Shown here: in pieces, positions 51,440-57,279 of the stretch
Layout: each line of letters opens with the position of its first letter
Numbering within the stretch: position 1 is the first letter of the stretch
From: a virus
Lineage: Duplodnaviria; Caudoviricetes
Virus record (IMG/VR): IMGVR_UViG_3300042309_002674
Location: 1 to 57,279 of that record
Direction: 5' to 3' (one strand)
Length of the DNA stretch: 57,279 bases
Translations under genes and position numbers: made by a program
The notes under the pieces: model-generated
What the model was told of the DNA's origin: nothing
Database searches by the model: none
Seen by the model: the letters and a program-made list of their open reading frames with translations, nothing else

Positions 51440-53746
51440 ATGGCTATACAGGTAAAAAATCCATTTATAGGAGCAATTTCAATATCTTTATCAACTTCAA
51501 GGTCATCACCATCAAAATGTACTGTTATTGGAGGAAGTGGTGCTATTGGCGTTCCATTTGCTGGGCGAGCCGTTGGTAGCGGTGTAGAAATTGGGGTTGG
51601 TAAAAATTTTACAATAACAGAATATCTTGATAATAGCATATATTTAGATCAAAACAATATTATACTCTTTAGAAGAGGTATGCCATCCAAAGCAATTTCT
51701 GTAACTAAGTCCATTCGTGTCCCAAGACTTTCTGTTAGTGGCGGCACTGGCGGGGCATCTGTTCGTTTTTATGATGAGCTTAGAGATATTGCCGTTGAAA
51801 GGCGAGCGGGTTCTGGCAATGGAATTCTTGGCTCTGAAGGTTGGGCTGATAACCCATGTGCTGGATCTGCGGTTAGATATGCCGCGAACGAGGCAACTAA
51901 TATGATTGGCGCCCCAAGCGTTGGTTATTTTTTGGTTTCTTATGAGGGACAATACAGATCTGTGCTAAGCAGTATATATGGAGATGCTGGGTATTCGTTT
52001 TGGTGGAATTTTACAAGCGCAGGGATTGCTTTAATACAGGGCTCACCAAGAGGAGAGGCTAAGGGCCTTCCAAAAACAGGATGTAATATAATTTCATCGG
52101 CGTATGGAGAAACAAAAGAGGGGACAAGATCGCATTCAAGTTTTACTTACCAAAATGGTCTTTCAGAACAAATAAGGAGCAGTTCATTTTCTAGAAGAAG
52201 TTTTCATAATTTTGCTGTTAGTCCAATCAATGGCGTTTTATGGCCAAGCGATGAAGAGTTAAACAACCAATTTACGGGCGGTGCTTGGTACAAATATCAA
52301 GCTCTTCTCGGAAATAGAAGTCTCGCAGAATTTGGTCTTTATGTTGTTGGATCCCTGTCTTTACCTTCACCATCGAGTAAAGAGTGGCGTCAGAGCGTTG
52401 GATGGAATGATGATATTGGACCTATATCAAATTGGAATAACATATTAAATATACCAAAGCAAAGAGTTAGTTTGTTAACAAATCAAACTATACCAACAAA
52501 TTGGAATTATACGGATGGTATTATAATGCTTGTAAAAGCACATTCCCCATTCACAAATAGAGTTACTCAAACAGAATTTTATTACCCTCATCGTTCAGTT
52601 TCTTATCAAGGAAGATTGGGGGCTGGTCCTGTTGGGCAAGCTGGAGCGGCACCAGCTAATGACTTTTCAACGTCAACATCGGCAACTATGTCTATAGTAG
52701 ATTTTTCTTACCAAACGCAGCCACATGCATCCGCAAGAGGAAGAAATCCTTGCCAGCAGGATCCTGAATATCTTACTGGCTGGTCTAGAACTGGGCACTG
52801 GAGAGGCGTTACTTTTTGGTCCCCAGATGATGCAGAAGAGGGCATTTCAGATAATAGCAATTATTGGTTTGGACTTGCATGCCAAGAAGCGATTGCAGAT
52901 TGTGTCCAGCCATTATCTACTAAAGCGTGGATAGCTCTTGAAGAGCTAAATAATCCAAAAATGGATAAAGAAAAACCTCCATCTGGTACGCTTTCGTATT
53001 TGGTTAAATGGGGATATCAAGTTGTTTGGGTAAAAAAACCAAATGATAATATTAATATAAATTGGAGCAGAGGATGGGTAAATTGCAATGATTTGGCTGA
53101 AGTTTCCGGCTATAAAAGCCCAAATGATTTAACGAATGATCCAATATCAAGAAGGCCAACGATTTATTTTAAAGGTGTTTGTAGCAGTCCCATTGAAAGA
53201 ATACAAGAGCAAGACCAAGAAGCGCTTCAAGATCCACTTATCGATGCAAAAAATGTCGAACCAGGTTTGCAGCACGCAATCGCATATGGGTGTGTTATAA
53301 CCTGCAATGGATATACCAAAAGATTTGTAGCTCCAGCTCGCGCACCATACATTGTAACCGGAGAACTATCTGTAAACTATGATATAAGAGCAAAAACTAA
53401 TGCTGGAAAAATTGGTGCTGGCAATGCATTCTTGCAAGCAGGATCGCTATCATCAACCGGTGGATCTTTGGCGCATACTGTTTCTGTTACTGATGTTACC
53501 CCGCCAGATGACGGATCTCCAATAAATGTACCAAGCTCACATGGTGGTGGCTCAATTGGCTGGGCAAAATATACAGCTATAGATTTTTGTTGCCCAATTA
53601 ATTCATTTTTAGAAACTCTTTCAGCTACATTATCTTCAGAAGGATTTACTGCAACTTATAGTTATAGAGATATAAGCCCACTAACGCCAATATTGCAAAG
53701 GTTTGCGCATCCAAAAATTAACAACGCTGGCTCTGTCACTATTTAA
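51440..53746 (+). CDS. Putative baseplate hub/central tail protein
   Basis: 768 aa. YEGQYRSVLSSIYGDAGYSFWW resembles hub proteins, and the C-terminal LETLSATLSSEGFTATYSY strand pattern fits. Located in the tail-tip cluster. Confidence 0.5.
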   Translation: MAIQVKNPFIGAISISLSTSRSSPSKCTVIGGSGAIGVPFAGRAVGSGVEIGVGKNFTITEYLDNSIYLDQNNIILFRRGMPSKAISVTKSIRVPRLSVSGGTGGASVRFYDELRDIAVERRAGSGNGILGSEGWADNPCAGSAVRYAANEATNMIGAPSVGYFLVSYEGQYRSVLSSIYGDAGYSFWWNFTSAGIALIQGSPRGEAKGLPKTGCNIISSAYGETKEGTRSHSSFTYQNGLSEQIRSSSFSRRSFHNFAVSPINGVLWPSDEELNNQFTGGAWYKYQALLGNRSLAEFGLYVVGSLSLPSPSSKEWRQSVGWNDDIGPISNWNNILNIPKQRVSLLTNQTIPTNWNYTDGIIMLVKAHSPFTNRVTQTEFYYPHRSVSYQGRLGAGPVGQAGAAPANDFSTSTSATMSIVDFSYQTQPHASARGRNPCQQDPEYLTGWSRTGHWRGVTFWSPDDAEEGISDNSNYWFGLACQEAIADCVQPLSTKAWIALEELNNPKMDKEKPPSGTLSYLVKWGYQVVWVKKPNDNININWSRGWVNCNDLAEVSGYKSPNDLTNDPISRRPTIYFKGVCSSPIERIQEQDQEALQDPLIDAKNVEPGLQHAIAYGCVITCNGYTKRFVAPARAPYIVTGELSVNYDIRAKTNAGKIGAGNAFLQAGSLSSTGGSLAHTVSVTDVTPPDDGSPINVPSSHGGGSIGWAKYTAIDFCCPINSFLETLSATLSSEGFTATYSYRDISPLTPILQRFAHPKINNAGSVTI

Positions 53747-53750
53747 TCCA

Positions 53751-55793
53751 ATGATTATTCAAAAAACATTTTATCCGCAAAATAACTTTTCGTTTTTGCT
53801 AAAAATATATGATAATTTTATATATAGTAGTGGAATTATAAAATTTATTTGCACTAGCGGAATAGATGCTTATGATATACATATAAAAGAAAATGCTGTT
53901 TTTGATAGTCAAAATAATTTTATTAGTAGTTTAGATTTGTATAAGCCAAATTATTTTTCTGGAAATTTTAATGAAGGTGATTTTCAGTGCTATTATTATT
54001 CTTCGGAAGATATAAATTACAAAAAAAATATACATGATGTAAATACCGTATCAAATATTTTGATCAGTGGAATTTATTTTCAAGGTTTTCAAAAAAATAA
54101 TATAGTTAATAATGATTTGTCTCAGCCAGAATTGGATATTTTTCAGAATAATAAATTAAATTATACTATAGAAATAAATGATGGTCAAAATGTAGGTAAT
54201 GATTTAAACGTTGTATTTTCAAACAAAAATGATAGTTTGGGTGCTATAAAGATAAATAATATAAAATATGAAGATTTAGATATAGGTTATTATTCAATAG
54301 ATCCTGATTTAAATTTTCCTCAATATGTGTACCCAGGGGAAAATTTTTCTTTCAATCTTATCAGTAAATATAATTTACAATTTATAACTAATATATACCT
54401 TACTCTTGAAACAGACGCTGGAATTTTACAATACGAAAAGCCAATTTCAGCAACATCCTCCGTTGCCACAGGATTTCAAACAAGTTTTGAAAATAATATT
54501 TTTGTTTCATCAGCAAATGATTATATAGCGTGGGATTTAAGTGTAGATAATTCTATTAATCTCTCTAATTTTTCTATAACTGGAAATATTTATTTTGAAA
54601 TATATGATAATACTAATCAAGAAATTATTTGGTATAAAAATCAGAACAATAACTCTTTTATTTTTGGCATTGGAAGCGGCCCATATGTAAAAAATAATTT
54701 TTATGATTATTGGTCTGGGCAGGTAATATCAAATCAAAACTTAGCACTTTCTATATCTGGTAGTGAGAAGTATGGTAAGGAAAGTTTTGGAAACATTGAA
54801 ATTTTAAAAGATTTTTCTTGGACAGATAAGTGGCAAGACAGTCTCATTCTAAATCAAACAAATTCTGCGGGTATTTTATTTGAAACGACTGGAATTGCAA
54901 TTAATAATATTAACTTATATTTATACAGCAAAAATAATACTAGTGGTTTATTAAATTATTATATAAACAAAGTATTTTATACAGGATCTAGTAATGGATA
55001 TAAAAACATATTTAGCGGCCTTGGTTGGCACACTGGCTCATTATCTAACTGCTGCGGTACATCCGGATTTCCATATGAATTCCCATCTGGATTTCCATTT
55101 TCGGGCCAAAGTATTTATGGATTTTTTTCTGGTTTTGGCTTTGGAAAACTGTCTGGATTTTTATTGACTGGGGAGCCAATTCATAGTGGAAATATTAATA
55201 TTTCTGGAAAAAAATTAACGCCAGATGATCCAAATTATTTCGCACCAATATCTGAAAATCATAAAATAAAAATAGATACAAATTATATGCTATCTAGCGG
55301 AATATATGCTTTAATTTTTGATTCAGTACCAAATACTAGCGTCCAAAATGAAACTGGAATTTTTTGGCCAAAAATGTGGCCAAACAATGTTATACCGCCG
55401 AATAATTTTACTTTGGTTGTTCCAGAAAATCCTGATTATTTTTATGCAAGCGGTTATGAAAATTCAGGATATGCATATTTTGGCAGTGGAATAAATTTTA
55501 TAAAAACAATAGTGTCAAATACCAATAAATTTACATATACTGGTATTGATTATAATTCAGCTTTGTCTTTAAATAGTTTAAATAATTATAGCAATTTGCT
55601 AAATTTAAGTTACTATAATAATAGTAATATTTTTCATTTTAATATTTTAAGATTTTTAAACAGAGAAGAGCTTTTATATAATGATTTTTATGATGAATGC
55701 GTGTATAAAATTTCAGGGAATAACATTTTTAAAACAGGAAAATTGTTTGCTAATAAAAATACTAACAGACAATTACAAGGAGACATAATATGA
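53751..55793 (+). CDS. Putative tail structural protein, Asn-rich with [ST]G-rich segment
   Basis: Likely ATG 53751. FSGFGFGKLSGFLLTG-type repeats near 54980-55210. Confidence 0.5.
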   Translation: MIIQKTFYPQNNFSFLLKIYDNFIYSSGIIKFICTSGIDAYDIHIKENAVFDSQNNFISSLDLYKPNYFSGNFNEGDFQCYYYSSEDINYKKNIHDVNTVSNILISGIYFQGFQKNNIVNNDLSQPELDIFQNNKLNYTIEINDGQNVGNDLNVVFSNKNDSLGAIKINNIKYEDLDIGYYSIDPDLNFPQYVYPGENFSFNLISKYNLQFITNIYLTLETDAGILQYEKPISATSSVATGFQTSFENNIFVSSANDYIAWDLSVDNSINLSNFSITGNIYFEIYDNTNQEIIWYKNQNNNSFIFGIGSGPYVKNNFYDYWSGQVISNQNLALSISGSEKYGKESFGNIEILKDFSWTDKWQDSLILNQTNSAGILFETTGIAINNINLYLYSKNNTSGLLNYYINKVFYTGSSNGYKNIFSGLGWHTGSLSNCCGTSGFPYEFPSGFPFSGQSIYGFFSGFGFGKLSGFLLTGEPIHSGNINISGKKLTPDDPNYFAPISENHKIKIDTNYMLSSGIYALIFDSVPNTSVQNETGIFWPKMWPNNVIPPNNFTLVVPENPDYFYASGYENSGYAYFGSGINFIKTIVSNTNKFTYTGIDYNSALSLNSLNNYSNLLNLSYYNNSNIFHFNILRFLNREELLYNDFYDECVYKISGNNIFKTGKLFANKNTNRQLQGDII

Positions 55794-56305
55794 GAGTTTT
55801 TTCAAATAGTCCAATTCCGGCAAATAACGGCAATTCAGAATCTATATATTTTACTCCGGATAGTGGGCCATGGGCTCTTAGATGTGAAGATGGTTATGTT
55901 TCTGTTGCTTTGGGGCATGTATTCAACTCAGATATGCAAGGAATTGAAATTGATCTTAGTAATAGAATGCCTATTTCAGATGGAGTAAATTTAATAACTT
56001 TAGAATTAAATTTAGAAAATGGTTCAGTTTATTCTTCTCATGTATTCAATAATAACAGCAACCAACTCCCAATATATAGAGAATGGGCGCTTGGCGATGG
56101 AGAAAAAAAATCAGTTGCTAATCAGACAGTAATAAGAGCATTAATCGCCGGTGTTTTTGTTGGCACCAAAGGTTTTGGAATGGCGAGTGTTTATAATGGC
56201 ACCCTTCAAAGGTATACAGTTTATAGATGTTTGTATAATGACCTTATGCTTTATCAAGGATGTGATGGCTTGATTTTTTTGCCAGCGCCATATTCGATCC
56301 CATAA
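55790..56305 (+). CDS. Hypothetical protein (last gene of tail operon)
   Basis: 171-aa ORF with an ATGA overlap with the upstream gene. Confidence 0.6.
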   Translation: MRVFSNSPIPANNGNSESIYFTPDSGPWALRCEDGYVSVALGHVFNSDMQGIEIDLSNRMPISDGVNLITLELNLENGSVYSSHVFNNNSNQLPIYREWALGDGEKKSVANQTVIRALIAGVFVGTKGFGMASVYNGTLQRYTVYRCLYNDLMLYQGCDGLIFLPAPYSIP

Positions 56306-56320
56306 ATCATATATGATTTT

Positions 56321-57100
56321 TTAAGAGCTTTTGCCATTTTTTCTTTTAATTCTTTCAATAATTTCGAATATTCTTTTCTTGGGGATATCTGAAATAGAAT
56401 TCCATTCTGTTGCTTCACTATCGCTTTCTGAAATTAATTTGGCTTTAATTGTGTCAAAATTTAAACCAACCTCAGACATAACTTTATTTAGAACATTTGC
56501 AGGATTGGTCGGTTGAGATTCCTCAATTATTTCGTTTTTCTTTTTTGGATCAATTTCATCCTGACCAACAATATTAATTCTTAGAAAATTACGAACTGCA
56601 CGAATAAATGCCCTATTTTCAGCAATGGCCATTAAAAATTTATTTCCAAAGCCACTTGTATTTTCAAAGTGCGCATCTGCTAGCGCAGAGAATTTAACGG
56701 GCAGCATCCCAGTTTCATAATTTGGAATCCACGCTATATTGCATTTAACAGCTACATAATCTTGACGAGCGGTAATAACATTGTAATTAACTTTAGTAAA
56801 TCCACGAATACAGGCAACATCTTTAATTCCGCCTAATAAAATTAATAATTGTCCATCTTCTAGTTGAGTTACATCTATAGAGCCGAAATCTGTACCTGCG
56901 GGAAATTTATCCTTATTAGGTACAAGAAATTCTGGCTTAACCATAGCTTTCCAATCTACAGTTCCATCATCATTGTGCTTATATGCAATGTTTTTTAGCA
57001 AACCATTTTCATTTCTGCTGAATGGATCTTTTTTAATGTCTAGGGTATTCTGGTTGACAACTACTGTTTCTATTTCTGTTTTTTGTGACATTTTTGGCAT
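56321..57100 (-). CDS. Putative Rad52/Rad22-like single-strand annealing protein
   Basis: 259 aa. Beta strands followed by MAIAENRAFIRAVRNFLRI...DEI, resembling the AxTxAxxRA helix of Rad52-fold annealases. Confidence 0.45.
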   Translation of the reverse strand: MPKMSQKTEIETVVVNQNTLDIKKDPFSRNENGLLKNIAYKHNDDGTVDWKAMVKPEFLVPNKDKFPAGTDFGSIDVTQLEDGQLLILLGGIKDVACIRGFTKVNYNVITARQDYVAVKCNIAWIPNYETGMLPVKFSALADAHFENTSGFGNKFLMAIAENRAFIRAVRNFLRINIVGQDEIDPKKKNEIIEESQPTNPANVLNKVMSEVGLNFDTIKAKLISESDSEATEWNSISDIPKKRIFEIIERIKRKNGKSS

Positions 57101-57102
57101 AA

Positions 57103-57279
57103 TTATTTATCTTCTTTTGCATAAAGATAGCAGAATTCTAATTCTTTGTCAAGATTTTTATAATTTTTGATTTTATCTAATTTTTCAAAATTTGAATCAG
57201 AGCTTTCATTGTTTATGTATGAAAGTATAGATAGATATATTTTTCCTGAGCTTAATACTAATCGATTTGTTTTCAATAT
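57103..57279 (-). CDS. Partial hypothetical protein (5' end outside window)
   Basis: Open frame ILKTNRLVLSSGKIYLS...YLYAKEDK-stop, ending 2 nt before the next ATG. Confidence 0.6.
   Translation of the reverse strand: MLKTNRLVLSSGKIYLSILSYINNESSDSNFEKLDKIKNYKNLDKELEFCYLYAKEDK

Noticed and set aside
32675-56305. Extracellular contractile injection system or tailocin, suggested by the DUF4157-like motif
   Set aside because: Terminase, portal, protease and capsid genes are present and no sheath is seen, so this is a phage morphogenesis region.
349-57170. Numerous 60-150 aa ORFs antisense to or out of frame within long genes (e.g. 9483-9941, 26626-27039, 27436-27840, 40420-40698)
   Set aside because: They lie almost entirely within well-supported genes, mostly use non-ATG starts and have no recognisable motifs; they are shadow ORFs.
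1-57279. CRISPR array, tRNA, rRNA, IS/transposase or integrase
   Set aside because: No regularly spaced direct repeats, cloverleaf-like sequence or transposase/integrase motifs were seen. Intergenic gaps are short (about 125 nt or less) and AT-rich.
1-57279. Stop-codon reassignment (alternative genetic code)
   Set aside because: Code 11 gives dense, long ORFs. TAG (25942, 35910) and TGA (46513, 9011) act as true stops at gene boundaries.

Overview
This window is an AT-rich segment of a large tailed dsDNA bacteriophage (Caudoviricetes), read in the standard genetic code, with no tRNA, rRNA, CRISPR array or mobile element seen. It begins with the 3' end of an LpxH/YbbF-like metallophosphoesterase. 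Next is a minus-strand block of seven putative virion tail/fibre genes (258-13363), built from three paralogous domain families plus an inserted Ser/Thr-Gly-rich repeat module. After a divergent promoter region, a long plus-strand run encodes PhoH, a Zn-ribbon protein, a sigma-70-like factor, a possible small terminase, a C2H2-ERCC4 nuclease, large terminase, portal, five accessory structural genes, prohead protease-scaffold, decoration protein, major capsid, neck genes, tail tube (no sheath seen), tail chaperones, a 3514-aa tape measure protein and six tail-tip genes. A convergent Rad52-like gene and a partial ORF end the window. Main observations: (1) the tape measure protein carries nine G[FY][IV]PNF motifs that delimit duplicated modules and enzyme-like cargo (PD-(D/E)xK-like, DUF4157/zincin-like, DUF2786-like), which suggests a modular ejected polyprotein; (2) a portable [ST]G-aromatic module splits conserved domains in unrelated structural proteins; (3) a TGTAAT late-promoter motif precedes 12 starts, including an internal scaffold start; (4) there is a candidate -1 frameshift with a perfect palindrome between the tail chaperones. 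All functional calls come from motif recognition and gene order by eye; no database search was run.
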